Below are positions 41,113 through 53,516 of a stretch of 64,000 bases of DNA, piece by piece. Numbering within the stretch: the stretch's first letter is position 1; each line of letters begins with the position of its first letter. A model generated the notes under the pieces. That model had not been told where the DNA came from, ran no database searches, and worked only from the letters and a program-made list of their open reading frames with translations. Origin of the DNA: an uncultured Holophagales bacterium (GTDB taxonomy: Bacteria; Acidobacteriota; Thermoanaerobaculia; Multivoradales; UBA5704); contig CAWJGT010000025.1 of assembly GCA_963842525.1 (NCBI GenBank), positions 64,001 to 128,000 of the forward strand. Direction: 5' to 3'. The position numbers and the translations under genes are program-made.

Positions 41113-41514
41113 GTGTCCGAGGAATCCACCGTCCTGCTCCTGGATCAGGTGACCGCGCTCGCCCGGCAGGCGTCCGGGCTGCGCCTGCTGATCCTCTTCG
41201 GTTCTCGAGCCCGAGGCGATGCTCACGCGCGATCCGACTGGGATTTCGGATTTCTCGCCGGCCGGGGCTTCGATCCGGATGAGCTGTTGACCCGGCTCAC
41301 GATCCTGCTCTGGACCGATCGGATCGATCTGGTCGATCTCTCTCTCGCCGGAGGCCTTCTCCGGTTTCGTGCCGCCAGCGACGGAAAGATCCTCTTCGAG
41401 ACCACCGCCGGCACCTTCGAACGATTCTGGCTCGAGGCCGTCTCGTTCTGGTGCGACGCCGGTCCGGTCCTGGAGGAGGCCTATGAGGCAGTCCTGGAGG
41501 GCTTGAGGTCGTGA
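41113..41514 (+). CDS. Minimal nucleotidyltransferase (MntA-like antitoxin)
   Basis: FGSRARGDAHARSDWD (GSx10DxD). Confidence 0.85.
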   Translation: MSEESTVLLLDQVTALARQASGLRLLILFGSRARGDAHARSDWDFGFLAGRGFDPDELLTRLTILLWTDRIDLVDLSLAGGLLRFRAASDGKILFETTAGTFERFWLEAVSFWCDAGPVLEEAYEAVLEGLRS

Positions 41515-41952
41515 GCGGGTTCGAACCGGGCGATCCTGGCAGAGAAGACAGGGATCGTGGAGCGGCACCTCCGCCGGGTGGCGGAGCGGCTGCCGGCGAG
41601 TCCGGAGGAGCTCCAACCTTCCTCTGACGCCTCGGACGCAGTGATCCTCCATCTCTGGCAGGCGGTCCAGTTGGTCCTCGATCTGGCGGTCTCGGCCTGC
41701 GTACGCCTCTCCCTGGGAACTCCCAAGGGTTATGCGGAGGCCATTTTGCATCTGGCCGAGGCCGGTGTCCTGGACCGCGAGCTGGCCGAGCGGCTCGTCC
41801 GCGCGTCCGGGTTTCGCAACGCCGTCGCGCACGCCTACGAACGCCTGAATATGGAACGGGTGTTCCGGGCGGCCAGCGAAGGTCCTGCCGACCTCAGGGC
41901 TTTTCTGGTTGCGCTCGCCGACGCCACCACCGAAAGCACTTCAGACGTTTGA
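41511..41952 (+). CDS. HEPN/DUF86 (HepT-like) toxin; probable indel near start
   Basis: GFRNAVAHAY (Rx4HxY); GTGA overlap with the MNT gene. Confidence 0.8.
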
Positions 41953-41961
41953 GGGAGGAAA

Positions 41962-42036
41962 TGGCTCCTCGGGAGGGATTTGAACCCCCAACATTTCGGT
42001 TAACAGCCGAACGCTCTACCGTTGAGCTACCGAGGA
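41962..42036 (-). tRNA. tRNA-Asn(GTT)
   Basis: TCCTCGG TAGCTCAACGGTAGAGC GTTCGG CTGTTAA CCGAA..GGGGGTTCAAATCCCTC CCGAGGA GCCA. Confidence 0.97.
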
Positions 42037-42078
42037 GTGTAGGAAAGGAACCCTCCGGGATCGCTCCCGGAGGGCGAA

Positions 42079-42107
42079 ATCTTAGGCGGATCGAACCGCC
42101 CTGTCAA
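42079..42107 (-). promoter_or_regulatory. sigma70 promoter for tRNA-Asn
   Basis: TTGACA-17 bp-TAAGAT on the minus strand. Confidence 0.7.
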
Positions 42108-42111
42108 ATCC

Positions 42112-43821
<1,710 letters not shown>

Positions 43822-43870
43822 AGTGCTCTCCCTATCATGCTTGAGGACATTCCACTCGAATGAAACAGGC

Positions 43871-45688
43871 CTAGACGGCCCCGCCGCTTGCACTGGGCCG
43901 GGTCCCCCGGTGTAAGCTGTGGCTCAAGCTGGTCTTCTCTTTCAGCAGGTGCTCGAGGCGCGCCTGATCGCCGCGGCGTTGCGCCTCGCCGATCTCGGTC
44001 GCCAGTTCCTGCAACCGCCGTTTCTGCCAGCGGCGCATCAACTTCTCCAGGGACGGTCCCGGTGGGCCGATTCTTTCGGAACCTGCGTTCTTTTCTACCA
44101 GAATCATGGCCAGCCGGGCAACCGCTTCCCCCTCGTGCCCCAGAGCGGTGGTCAGAGCCCGCACCTCGGGCCGGCTGCCTGCTCCTGCATATAGAGCGCA
44201 GAAGGCCCGGTAAATATTCCTGCATTCCGTATCGAGGAATGCCTCCGGCGGCGGCATCTCATCCGCCGGCGGCAGTGGCTCCTCTCCCCCGACCAGCCGC
44301 TCCAGAACCTGCTCTTCCAGGCTGCGCACCTCCCGCGGGCCGCTTCCTCCGTCCAGGGCCGCCGGCCCCGGCCTCTCCTCCATGCCTCGATCGCGATCAC
44401 TGCGATCCCCTCCGACGCGCCGGACCAGCATCTCGACCGGGACGGCCAGCCGCTCGGCCGCGACCCGCGCGTAGCCATAGCGCAGGATCGGGTCGGTGAC
44501 CGGCCGCAGCAGCTGCACCACGGCGGCAGCGGCCTTGGCCTGGGTGCGCGGCTCGCGGTTCGCGCCGGAGGGAATGAGCTGGTCCATCTCCGCGATCACG
44601 GCGTCCTCGGCGGCCGTCACCGCCTCCACCACCGCCTCCGGACCGGCTTCGAGCCGCAGCGAATCGGGGTCGTGGTTGCCCGGAAAGCGCGCCCGGCGCA
44701 CGCCGAGGCTGCTGGCGAGCAGCAGCGGCAGGGCACGCCGGTAGGCGTTCTCGCCGGCGCCGTCGCCGTCATAGGCCACCACCACGTCCTCGGCATAACG
44801 CGACAGGAGCTTCGCTTGTTCCGGGGTGAGCGCCGTGCCCATCCCGGCGATTGCCCCTTCGAGGCCGCAGGCGACCGAGCCGATGACGTCGAAGTAGCCC
44901 TCGACGAGCAGCGCGCGCCCGCTCTCCCGGATCTCCCGCTTCGCTTGGTGCAGGCCGTAGAGCAGGAGCCCCTTGTGGAAGCGGTCGGTCTCGCTGGTGT
45001 TGATGTACTTTGCCTTGTCGTCCCCCAGGGTGCGCCCGCCGAAGCCGACCAGCCGGCCGGACGGGTTGTGTATCGGGAACATCAGCCGGTGCCGGAAGCG
45101 GTCGTAGGGATCGCCGCCCTTCTCGGGCCGGGCCGCCAGGCCGGACGCTTCGAGGTCGGCCAGCGGCACCCGCGGATGGAGCGCCTGCACCAGGTTGCGC
45201 CAGCCGTCGGGCGCGTAGCCGAGGCCGAAGCGCTCGACGAGCTCGGGGGGGATCTGCCGGTCTTCGAGGTACTTGCGCGCCCCGGCCGATTTGCGGAGCT
45301 GGTCGGCGAAGAACTCCGCCGCGGCTTCCAGTGCCCCTTCGAGGTCGCGCTCGGGCGGCCGCCCGGCCCGCCGCTCGGTCCGCGACGGCAGCGGCACGCC
45401 GTAGCGTGTCGCCAGAGCCTCGATCGCAGCAGGAAAATCGTCCCCGCTGGTCATCATGTGGAGCTTGATGGCGTCTCCGCCGGCGCCGCAGCCGAAGCAG
45501 TAGAAAAGCCCCTGCACGGGATCGACGCTGAACGACGGAGTCTTCTCCTTGTGGATCGGGCAGAGCCCCTGATAGCGCCGCCCCGCCTTGCGCAGGCGGG
45601 TGTGCTCGGAGGCAACAGCCACGATGTCCGCGGCGTCACGGACAGCCTGAACGAGCTGGGGGGTGATGTGGATGTTGCCGAGGGACAT
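43871..45688 (-). CDS. dnaG: DNA primase
   Basis: [15 protein letters not shown] zinc finger, FGGR, KYINT, EGYFD, DGDGAG, DPD. Confidence 0.96.
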   Translation of the reverse strand: MSLGNIHITPQLVQAVRDAADIVAVASEHTRLRKAGRRYQGLCPIHKEKTPSFSVDPVQGLFYCFGCGAGGDAIKLHMMTSGDDFPAAIEALATRYGVPLPSRTERRAGRPPERDLEGALEAAAEFFADQLRKSAGARKYLEDRQIPPELVERFGLGYAPDGWRNLVQALHPRVPLADLEASGLAARPEKGGDPYDRFRHRLMFPIHNPSGRLVGFGGRTLGDDKAKYINTSETDRFHKGLLLYGLHQAKREIRESGRALLVEGYFDVIGSVACGLEGAIAGMGTALTPEQAKLLSRYAEDVVVAYDGDGAGENAYRRALPLLLASSLGVRRARFPGNHDPDSLRLEAGPEAVVEAVTAAEDAVIAEMDQLIPSGANREPRTQAKAAAAVVQLLRPVTDPILRYGYARVAAERLAVPVEMLVRRVGGDRSDRDRGMEERPGPAALDGGSGPREVRSLEEQVLERLVGGEEPLPPADEMPPPEAFLDTECRNIYRAFCALYAGAGSRPEVRALTTALGHEGEAVARLAMILVEKNAGSERIGPPGPSLEKLMRRWQKRRLQELATEIGEAQRRGDQARLEHLLKEKTSLSHSLHRGTRPSASGGAV

Positions 45689-45732
45689 CTAATTACCTGG
45701 TGATGCTAGCGGTCGGTTCGTGACAGAAGGCC

Positions 45733-45835
45733 GCCCGGGCATGAATGCCCGGGCTAGGAACAGCGCCGGGTAAACCCCGGCTTGAAAGCCCCATTCATGG
45801 GGCGCCGTTCCCAGCCCGGCGATTCATCGCCGGGC
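45733..45835. repeat. REP-like palindrome cluster
   Basis: gcccgggcatgaatgcccgggc, gccccattcatggggc and gcccggcgattcatcgccgggc hairpins with related loops. Confidence 0.7.
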
Positions 45836-48280
45836 TCACCCCCCGCGCAACGTCACGACCGTGGCGCCGTTGCCCCCTTCGTTGGGCGCGCCCGGCCGTT
45901 GGCTGGCGACGCCGGCATGGGCCCGAAGGTGGTCCCGTACCGCCTGGCGCAGGCGCCCGGTGCCGTGGCCGTGGACGACGCGCACCTCCCGCCGCGAGGC
46001 CACGAGCGCTTGGTCGATATAGGCGTCCAGCTCTTCGAGCGCTGGCTCGACGCGCATGCCGATCAGGTTCAGCTCCGGAGGCACCGACGCGGCCTCGTCC
46101 AGGTCGCTGCGGCCGCCGCTCCGGGAAGCCGGACGGTCCTCTCTCACGGCGCGGACCGGCGTCTCCCTCCGGGCTGCGTTGACCGGCGCCAGCTCCTCGG
46201 GCCGGCAGCGCACGCGCTTGCCCTTGACCAGGACCTCGGCCCGCCCTGGCTCGAGCCTCTCGAGGACCCCCTGCCAGCCCAGCCCGATATGGCGGACCGT
46301 CTGGCCGGCCTCGACGGGTCCCGCCGGCTCGGGCTGCCCGGCAGCGAAACCCGGCGCCGCGGCGAAGAGCTGCTCGACCGCCTCGGCCTCCAGCCCGCGC
46401 CGCCGGCCCTCTTCGAAGCGCTCCCGCATGCGCTCGACCTCGCCGCGCAGGCGCTCCGTGGTCTCGCGGCGGAAGGAATCCAGCTCCCCCTTGAGCCGCT
46501 TGGCGACCGTCTTGCGCTCCTCCTCCGCGGCGGTCAGCTCGGCCTGCAGGCGGCGGCGGAGCTTTTCGGCGTCAGATCGTTCGATTTCCAGCTCCTCGCG
46601 GGTCTCGGCCAGCTCGCGGCGCACCCGCTCCACCTCGGCGATCAGCCGCCGCAGGTCGCGGTGCTCGGAGCCGAGCCGCGCCTCGGCGCGGTCCAGCCAT
46701 TCCGCGGGCAGGCCCAGGCGGCGGGCCAGGGCCAGCGCCTCGCTGCCGCCGGGCGGGCCGGGGACCAGCCGGAAGGTCGGCCGGCCGGTCACCGGATCGA
46801 ATTCCATGGCCGCGCAGGAGGCGCCGCGGAATTCCAGCGCGGCGCCGGCGAGCTGGGCGAGATGCGTCGTGATCACCCCCAGGCTCTTCGTCTCCAACAG
46901 CCCTTCGAGGAGGGCAATCGAGAGGGCGGCCCCCTCCTCCGGGTCCGTGCCCGAGCCCAGCTCGTCGAGCAGGATCAGGGCGTCCGGTCCGGCAGCTTCC
47001 CATGCCTCCTTGAGCCGCAGGAGCCGGCCGCTAAAAGTGGATCGATCGGCAAGGAGGTCCTGGTCGTCGCCGACGGTCGCCACCGCGCTGCGCAGGAAGG
47101 GGACCCGGCTGCCTGCCGCCGCCGGGATCGGCAGACCGCAGAGCGCCGCCAGGGAGAGGAGCCCCGCCGTCTTGAGGGCGACCGTCTTGCCGCCGGCGTT
47201 CGGTCCCGTGATGACCAGGATCCGCCGCTCGGAGCTCAGCTCGACGTCCAGCGGGACGATGTCGCCCGCGTGCCCCGCCTGGCCCAGGGCCTCCTCGCGC
47301 AGCTCGGCGAGGCTGGGGTCGAGCAGCGGATGGCGCGCCGCGGTCAGCCGTAGCTCGTGCCGCGGCCCGATCTCCGGGAGGTGCCCGTCGCAGCGCTCGC
47401 CGAAGCGGACCGCCGCTTGCAGCAGGTCGAGCTCGGCGAGGAACCCCGCGTGGGCGCGGAGCGCCGGCATCATCGCCCGCACCTCGGCCAGCAGCTCGGC
47501 CAGGATGCGGCGCCGCTCGGCCTCCTCGTCCTCCACCGACTGCTGCAGCGTGTTGTTCGTCTCGACAACGTGCAGCGGCTCGAAATAGAGGCTCTTGCCG
47601 GTGGCCGACCGGCCGTGCACCAGGCCGGCGCTGCGGCCTCGCGAGCCCGCCTGGAGCACCACGACGAGGCGCCCGCCGCGCATCGGGACCGTCTCTTCGG
47701 AGAGCTCGTCCTTGTGGCCGGCGACGAACTCGCCGAGGTCGCGGTAGATCTGGTCGCGCACCCGGCGGATCTGCGAACGCAGGGCCTGGAGCCGGGGGCT
47801 CGCGTCCTCCCGTACCTCGCCGCGGCGGTCGAGCGTCCTGTCGATGCGGCGCAAGAGCGGCTCGAGGTCCGGCAGCTCGACGGCGAGCGCCTGGAGCCCC
47901 GGACAGGGAGGAACCGCCTCGCGGATGCGCTGCACCGCGGCCCGGGTCGACTTCCCCAGGTCGGCCAGCCGCACCAGGTCGATCCCTTCGATGGGAGGCC
48001 GGCCGCTCACCATGCGGTCGAGCAGCTTGCGCACCGGGACGTCGAAGTCGGGGACGAGCGGACGCTCGCCGATCAGCCGCGCCGCCTCTTCGAACCGGCC
48101 GCGCTGCTCGCGCAACGCCTCTTCGTCCGCGTAGGGGGCCAAGGCCAGCACGCGCTCCCGGCCCAGGTCGCTGGCGGCGAGCTGGGCGATCACCGCCAGG
48201 AGGCTGGGGAGCTCCAGCGCCTGGGCCGTGGCCCGCGAAAGAACAGGGGCGGAGATCCGGAGAAGCGCAACGGTTTCCAC
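45836..48280 (-). CDS. mutS2: MutS2-family endonuclease with Smr domain
   Basis: TGPNAGGKT, STFSG, DELGSGTDPEEG, HGHGTG, GGNGAT. Confidence 0.92.
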   Translation of the reverse strand: METVALLRISAPVLSRATAQALELPSLLAVIAQLAASDLGRERVLALAPYADEEALREQRGRFEEAARLIGERPLVPDFDVPVRKLLDRMVSGRPPIEGIDLVRLADLGKSTRAAVQRIREAVPPCPGLQALAVELPDLEPLLRRIDRTLDRRGEVREDASPRLQALRSQIRRVRDQIYRDLGEFVAGHKDELSEETVPMRGGRLVVVLQAGSRGRSAGLVHGRSATGKSLYFEPLHVVETNNTLQQSVEDEEAERRRILAELLAEVRAMMPALRAHAGFLAELDLLQAAVRFGERCDGHLPEIGPRHELRLTAARHPLLDPSLAELREEALGQAGHAGDIVPLDVELSSERRILVITGPNAGGKTVALKTAGLLSLAALCGLPIPAAAGSRVPFLRSAVATVGDDQDLLADRSTFSGRLLRLKEAWEAAGPDALILLDELGSGTDPEEGAALSIALLEGLLETKSLGVITTHLAQLAGAALEFRGASCAAMEFDPVTGRPTFRLVPGPPGGSEALALARRLGLPAEWLDRAEARLGSEHRDLRRLIAEVERVRRELAETREELEIERSDAEKLRRRLQAELTAAEEERKTVAKRLKGELDSFRRETTERLRGEVERMRERFEEGRRRGLEAEAVEQLFAAAPGFAAGQPEPAGPVEAGQTVRHIGLGWQGVLERLEPGRAEVLVKGKRVRCRPEELAPVNAARRETPVRAVREDRPASRSGGRSDLDEAASVPPELNLIGMRVEPALEELDAYIDQALVASRREVRVVHGHGTGRLRQAVRDHLRAHAGVASQRPGAPNEGGNGATVVTLRGG

Positions 48281-48284
48281 CCTC

Positions 48285-49817
48285 TCAGTCTATCTCTGTC
48301 AGGTCACCCCACGGAACGCGCGACGGGATGCGGCCGGATGTTGAGGACGGGGGGCCGGACGGAGCCGAGGAGAGGAGGAAGGCCATGGCGTACGGCGTGG
48401 GGGTCTCGACCCGTGCCACCGGCGCCGAGCCGACCGGAGCCCGGGGACCGGCCAGGCAGTGCTGGACCTCGACGAGGAACCCGGGCGCGGCGCTCCCGCC
48501 CTCGGCCAGCCCCCGGAAGGCCAGCAGGGCGGCCAGCGAGTCGTGGCTCTGGTGGACGTCCCGCACCCGCAGGATCGGCGACAGCTCCTGCGACAGCCGC
48601 AAGACCTCGGGCGTACGGTCCTGACGGGCGTAGAGCAGGGCGAGGTGGATATGAGAGATACCGGCCTCCCTGCCGAGGCTGGCGGCGAGGAACGCCTCGC
48701 GGGTCTCCCGGTAGATCGCATCGGCGGCCTCCAGGTTCCCTTCCGACTCCTCGATCCGCCCCTCCAGCCGGCGCAGGCGGAGCAGGTTGGGCTGGTCGCC
48801 GAGCACGGTGTAGAGAGAGCGCGCTCCGTCGACGGCCTGCAAGGCTTCCTCGGCGCGGCCGGCCTCCTGGAGGAGCCCGGCGAGGCGGTGCAGGGTGTCG
48901 GCCGCGAGCGCCGGCCGGGCCCGCTCGTCGATCCGGCCGAGCCCCTCCCGCAGCAGGTCGACGGCCCGCGCCGCCGCCTCCGGCCGTCCCACGGCGGCGA
49001 GGAGCTGGCCCTTCTGGATCAGCGCCTCGCCGAGAAGCCGGCGCTCGCCAGCCTCTTGGTAGATGGCGATCGCCTCGTCGACGGAGCGCTCGGCCTGGTC
49101 GTACTTCCGGGCGTCCTGGGACAGGCACGCCTCGAGACAGCGGAGCTCGGCGCGGTCGAGCGGGTCCGGGTCGATCCGGCCGAGCAGCGCTTCGGCCACG
49201 GCGAGAGCGCGCTCCGCGCCGGCCGCGTCGCCGGCCAGCCGGCGGGCGTTGCCCAGGTAGGCCCAGGCACGGGCGTGGAGCGTGCCGGCGAGCGGGGCAC
49301 CCCAGAGCTTCGCGTCGAGCCTGCTCGCGATATTTTCGATGGTGGCGACCGCGACCTCGGCCGTCTCGACGCCCAGCAGCGGGTCGAGCTGCATGTCCTC
49401 CCGGCTCTTCTCGATCAGCAGCTCGCAGAGGGCCAGGTTCTGGAAACCGTGGTCGCCGCAGACCAGCCCGAGCCGCCGCGGACGCGGCTGGGCGAGGATC
49501 TCGGCGAGGAGCCAGGGAGCCCGCGCGCGTTCCTGGGCGACCTTCCGTTCGCGGCGCCGCCCCGGGCCGGCCAGGCGGGAGATGACACCAGGATGTCCAG
49601 AGGGCGCAGGACGGCCGGCACGGTCCGCGGCGAGGAGGTCGAGCAGCTCGGGCGGGGCGTCGGGAGGCGGGTCTCCGAACGTCCAGAAGCGGCGCGTCAC
49701 GTCGAGGCATTGTGAGCAGCCGGAGATCAGGTGGCGGACGATCCGTTTGTTGTCGGCCCCGGCCAGCTCGTTGCGCATGAAGCGCTCGATGAGGTGGGGA
49801 TCAGGATGCTCTCGCAT
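48285..49817 (-). CDS. TPR-repeat protein with N-terminal zinc-finger-like motif
   Basis: HLISGCSQC, ARAWAYLGNARR and successive TPR-like helices. Confidence 0.7.
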   Translation of the reverse strand: MREHPDPHLIERFMRNELAGADNKRIVRHLISGCSQCLDVTRRFWTFGDPPPDAPPELLDLLAADRAGRPAPSGHPGVISRLAGPGRRRERKVAQERARAPWLLAEILAQPRPRRLGLVCGDHGFQNLALCELLIEKSREDMQLDPLLGVETAEVAVATIENIASRLDAKLWGAPLAGTLHARAWAYLGNARRLAGDAAGAERALAVAEALLGRIDPDPLDRAELRCLEACLSQDARKYDQAERSVDEAIAIYQEAGERRLLGEALIQKGQLLAAVGRPEAAARAVDLLREGLGRIDERARPALAADTLHRLAGLLQEAGRAEEALQAVDGARSLYTVLGDQPNLLRLRRLEGRIEESEGNLEAADAIYRETREAFLAASLGREAGISHIHLALLYARQDRTPEVLRLSQELSPILRVRDVHQSHDSLAALLAFRGLAEGGSAAPGFLVEVQHCLAGPRAPVGSAPVARVETPTPYAMAFLLSSAPSGPPSSTSGRIPSRVPWGDLTEID

Positions 49818-50078
49818 GGCGCGCCTCGCTCCATCTTCTACAAATCGGCGATCCGGACCCCTTCCGGAGGCGTTTCCAGTACGGATTGCGGGGACCCGGG
49901 AGACAATTTTTGTAACATCGTTCGAGTACATCTTGTCAAGCGAGACAACTTTAGTCGGCTACTTATCCCGTTGTCAAGAATAAAGATCTGATGGCAGAGA
50001 ACCTTTTTCCCGATCTAAGTGATTGACCAGTATAAGTTTGCGCTTGCCATAAGGGCGCGGAGAAGGTAAATTTCGCGC

Positions 50079-50576
50079 ATGTCCATCTTCCATGGTCTCG
50101 GCAGGGCCCTACGGTGGCTCCGTGACAGGCAGGGCAAAAGGCAGTACCAGGTGGCCGACACGGCCGGCATCACGAAGGCGATGCTGTCCGCTTATGAGAC
50201 GGGCAAGCAGAAGCCGTCTCTCGACACCCTGGAGAAGATCCTCGCCGCACTGGAGTGTGATCTCAACGACCTGCACAACGCGCTGCAGATTGTCAACGAG
50301 CGCCCCGAAGCGATTCGTCGAGGGAGGGACGGCGGTTGGACCGGCTCCCGCCCTGGCGAAGGCCGCGACGGCGGAGAGGGCGCTCCCTCCAACGTCTACA
50401 ACATCCTGGGCATCAACCGTCCGTTGCCGCCCATGGAGGAGCAGGCCCTGAGCGAGATGCTCCAGGGTTTCCACAAGCTCGTCCGCTATCTGCACGATGG
50501 CTTACAGGCCGTCCCCTCCCGCGAGAGGGCGCCCGAGGAGCCCCCGAAGGCAGCGCCGGACGAAGAGCCCACCTGA
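50079..50576 (+). CDS. XRE-family HTH regulator
   Basis: QYQVADTAGITKAMLSAYETGKQKPSLDTL. Confidence 0.88.
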   Translation: MSIFHGLGRALRWLRDRQGKRQYQVADTAGITKAMLSAYETGKQKPSLDTLEKILAALECDLNDLHNALQIVNERPEAIRRGRDGGWTGSRPGEGRDGGEGAPSNVYNILGINRPLPPMEEQALSEMLQGFHKLVRYLHDGLQAVPSRERAPEEPPKAAPDEEPT

Positions 50577-50829
50577 GCGGCGGTCCGCACTCGCGGACCC
50601 CGCCTCTCTCCCGCGGCGACCGGCGGCCCTGCGGTCCATCGACCCCAGGAGCCGCCCAGAAGGGCTTTCTTCGCCTCATTTCCGCGCGCACGCTTCTTGC
50701 AGTCGCCCTCTTGGCGAAACGCGAGCACGTCTCGCAAACGTCCAGAGGGGTGACACATGAAGGGTCGGCTGAAGACAGGAGAGATCGGGTCGTGGCGGTC
50801 CGCCCGCGCGTGCAGCGAAGGGCGGTGCC

Positions 50830-52665
50830 GTGGCCAGTGACCTCGAGCGCCGGTTCGCGCGGCTGAGCCGGGGTGGACACCTCTGCCTGGTCTTCGACAC
50901 CCTCGCCGAGCAGTCGGCCGCCCTCGCGGCCTTCCTCAAGGCCGGCAACGCCGCTGGCGAACGCTGCCTCTACATCGGCTCCAGCGGCGGCGCGCACGGC
51001 CTCGAGCGCGCCCTGGAGGCCGAGGGGTTCCCTCTCGGGCGCGAGATCGAGCGGGGCGGGCTCGTCCTGTTGACCGACCGCAAGCGCTGGCTGCCGGCCG
51101 GCCGCTTCGATCCCTGGGAGCTCATGGACCTGCTCCGCCAGACCGAGCAGCAGGCGCTCGACGACGGCTTCACCGGCCTGCGGGCGACCTGGGACATGGA
51201 ATGGATCCTGGACGGGGCCCCAGGCAGCGAGCGCCTGATCGAGTACGAGGCCCAGCTCAACCGCTTCCTCGCCGGCAGCCGGACCTCGGTGCTCTGCCGC
51301 TACTCCCGGCCCCATACCTCGACTGCTGTCATCCAGGGCGTCCTCGAGACCCATCCGGTGGCCGTGCTCGGCGACCAGCTCTGCCCCAACGCCTACTACG
51401 AGCCGCCCGAGATGGTGCTCGGCGGCAGCACCCCGGAAGACCAGGTCGAATGGCGGATCGCCCAGCTCCGGCGCGCCCGGCTCAACGAGGAAAAGCTGGA
51501 GGAGGTGACGCGCCGGCTGGCCCGCAACCGCGCCGCGCTGGAGCGCGCCGACCGCGCCAAGGAGAGCCTCCTGGCCATGCTCGCCCACGAGCTGCGCAAC
51601 CCGCTGGGCACGATCAGCAATGCGCTCCAGGTCCTCCGCCTCAAGGGCGAGGGGGACGAGACCTGGCGGCGGGCGATCGACACCGCCGAGCGGCAGGTGC
51701 TCCACCAGGCCCTGCTGGTCGACGACCTGCTCGAAGCCTCGCGCGTGAACCGGGGCGAGGTCGAGCTGCACTGCGAGAACCTGGACCTCGTCCGACTCGT
51801 CCGGGAGACGGTGGAGGGCTATCGAGAAACCCTGCGCAGCGCCGGCCTGGAGATCGATCTCGACTTGCCCGCCGAGCCCCTGAGGGTGCGCGGCGACCGC
51901 ATGCGGCTCTCCCAGGCGCTGTCGAACCTCCTGCACAACGCCACCAAGTTCACCTCGCCGGGCGACCGGATTCAGGTGCGCGCCGGCCTCGGCAAGGGAG
52001 GACGGAGAGCCGAGGTCACCGTGCGCGACAGCGGTCAGGGGATCCCGGCCGCGGTCCTGCCGCGCGTCTTCGACCTCTTCACCCAGGCCGACACCAGCCT
52101 GGACCGCTCCCAGGGAGGGCTCGGCGTCGGCCTCGCGGTGGTCCGGGGGCTCATCGAGATGCACGGCGGCGAGGTCGAGGCGCGGAGCGAAGGGGAAGGC
52201 CGGGGGGCCGAGCTCACGCTGTGGCTGCCCGTCCTGGCCGAGCCCTCGGGACCCGAGTCCCGCGAGGCGGAAGCCGCCGCAACAGCCGACACCGGCGCGC
52301 GGCGCATCCTCGTCGTCGAGGACAACCCCGACGCCGGAGCCATGATGCGGGACTTCCTTGTGCTCTCCGGCCACGAGGTCGAGCTCGCCACCACCGGCGA
52401 CGAGGGCCTGGAAGCCGCCCGCAAGTTCCATCCCGAGGTGGTGCTCTGCGACCTCGGCCTGCCCGGAATGAACGGCTTCGAGGTCGCCGAGCACCTGCGC
52501 AGCGACCCCGAGACCTCGTCGGCCCGCCTGATCGCCGTCACCGGCTACGGCCGCGAAGAGGACCGCCAGCGCTCCAAGGAGGCCGGCTTCGACCTCCACC
52601 TGACCAAGCCGGTCGACCCGATCCAACTGCGCAAGCTGCTCCAGGAGGGCCAGCCGAGGCGTTGA
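50830..52665 (+). CDS. Hybrid histidine kinase: MEDS sensor, HisKA, HATPase, REC
   Basis: GHLCLVF..LRATWDMEW..YEA..THP; HELRNP, NATKF, DSGQG, GGLGVGL; EDNPD, DLGLP, KP. Confidence 0.88.
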   Translation: MASDLERRFARLSRGGHLCLVFDTLAEQSAALAAFLKAGNAAGERCLYIGSSGGAHGLERALEAEGFPLGREIERGGLVLLTDRKRWLPAGRFDPWELMDLLRQTEQQALDDGFTGLRATWDMEWILDGAPGSERLIEYEAQLNRFLAGSRTSVLCRYSRPHTSTAVIQGVLETHPVAVLGDQLCPNAYYEPPEMVLGGSTPEDQVEWRIAQLRRARLNEEKLEEVTRRLARNRAALERADRAKESLLAMLAHELRNPLGTISNALQVLRLKGEGDETWRRAIDTAERQVLHQALLVDDLLEASRVNRGEVELHCENLDLVRLVRETVEGYRETLRSAGLEIDLDLPAEPLRVRGDRMRLSQALSNLLHNATKFTSPGDRIQVRAGLGKGGRRAEVTVRDSGQGIPAAVLPRVFDLFTQADTSLDRSQGGLGVGLAVVRGLIEMHGGEVEARSEGEGRGAELTLWLPVLAEPSGPESREAEAAATADTGARRILVVEDNPDAGAMMRDFLVLSGHEVELATTGDEGLEAARKFHPEVVLCDLGLPGMNGFEVAEHLRSDPETSSARLIAVTGYGREEDRQRSKEAGFDLHLTKPVDPIQLRKLLQEGQPRR

Positions 52666-52719
52666 CACCGGCGTTCGAGCGAGGACGGTATGCTAGCCTC
52701 GGTTCCTCAGGAGGTGAGC

Positions 52720-53514
52720 ATGCCTGAGACCGCCCATGCCGCAAAAGACACCGCAAAAGACACCCGGCAGGAAGCGGAACCGGGAGATCCGGTCCGCATC
52801 TCGACCAAGAGGATCGATCCCGAAGACCGCCTGATCTTTGCCTTGGATGTGCCAAGCGCCGGCGAGGCCCGGCGTCTGGTGACGACCCTGGGCGAGGCCG
52901 TACGCTTCTATAAGGTCGGCCTCGAGCTGTTCCTCTCCGGAGGCGCCTTCGAGCTGGTCGACTGGCTCGTCGAGCAGGACAAGCAGGTCTTCCTGGACCT
53001 CAAGCTCTACGACATTCCGGAGACCGTGGCCCGCGCCGTCCGCCGTCTCCGCGAACGGCCGGTCACCTTCCTCACGGTCCACGGCGACGGCGCCATCCTG
53101 GAAGCTGCCTGCCGCGAGAAGGGGGACCTGAAGATCCTCGCCGTCACCGTCCTGACCAGCCTCGACCGCACCGGCCTCCGCGAGCTCGGCTTCGCCGGCG
53201 AGGTCCCGGACCTCGTCGTCTCCCGCGCCCGCCGAGCCCGGGAGCTCGGCTGCGACGGCGTCGTCGCTTCCGGCCAGGAGGCCGCCGCCCTCAAGGACGC
53301 CTGTGGCGAGGACTTGCTCTACGTCATGCCAGGGATCCGTCCCGCCGAGAGCCGGCCGGCCGACGACCAGAAGCGGGTGGTGACCGTCGAAGAAGCGATC
53401 CGCAACGGCGCCGACTATGTCGTCATCGGCCGCCCCATCCGCGACGCTCCCGATCCCTACCAGGCGGCGCTGGACGTCCAGGGGACGCTTCAGGGGCTGT
53501 TTCTATCCGCCTGA
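52720..53514 (+). CDS. pyrF: Orotidine-5'-phosphate decarboxylase
   Basis: ALD, KVG, DLKLYDIPETV, VTVLTS, PGIRP, DDQKR, GRPI. Confidence 0.95.
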   Translation: MPETAHAAKDTAKDTRQEAEPGDPVRISTKRIDPEDRLIFALDVPSAGEARRLVTTLGEAVRFYKVGLELFLSGGAFELVDWLVEQDKQVFLDLKLYDIPETVARAVRRLRERPVTFLTVHGDGAILEAACREKGDLKILAVTVLTSLDRTGLRELGFAGEVPDLVVSRARRARELGCDGVVASGQEAAALKDACGEDLLYVMPGIRPAESRPADDQKRVVTVEEAIRNGADYVVIGRPIRDAPDPYQAALDVQGTLQGLFLSA

Positions 53515-53516
53515 AC

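Noticed and set aside
52662-52694. TTGACA...TATGCT promoter for pyrF
   Set aside because: The spacer is 21 bp, too long for a standard sigma70 promoter.
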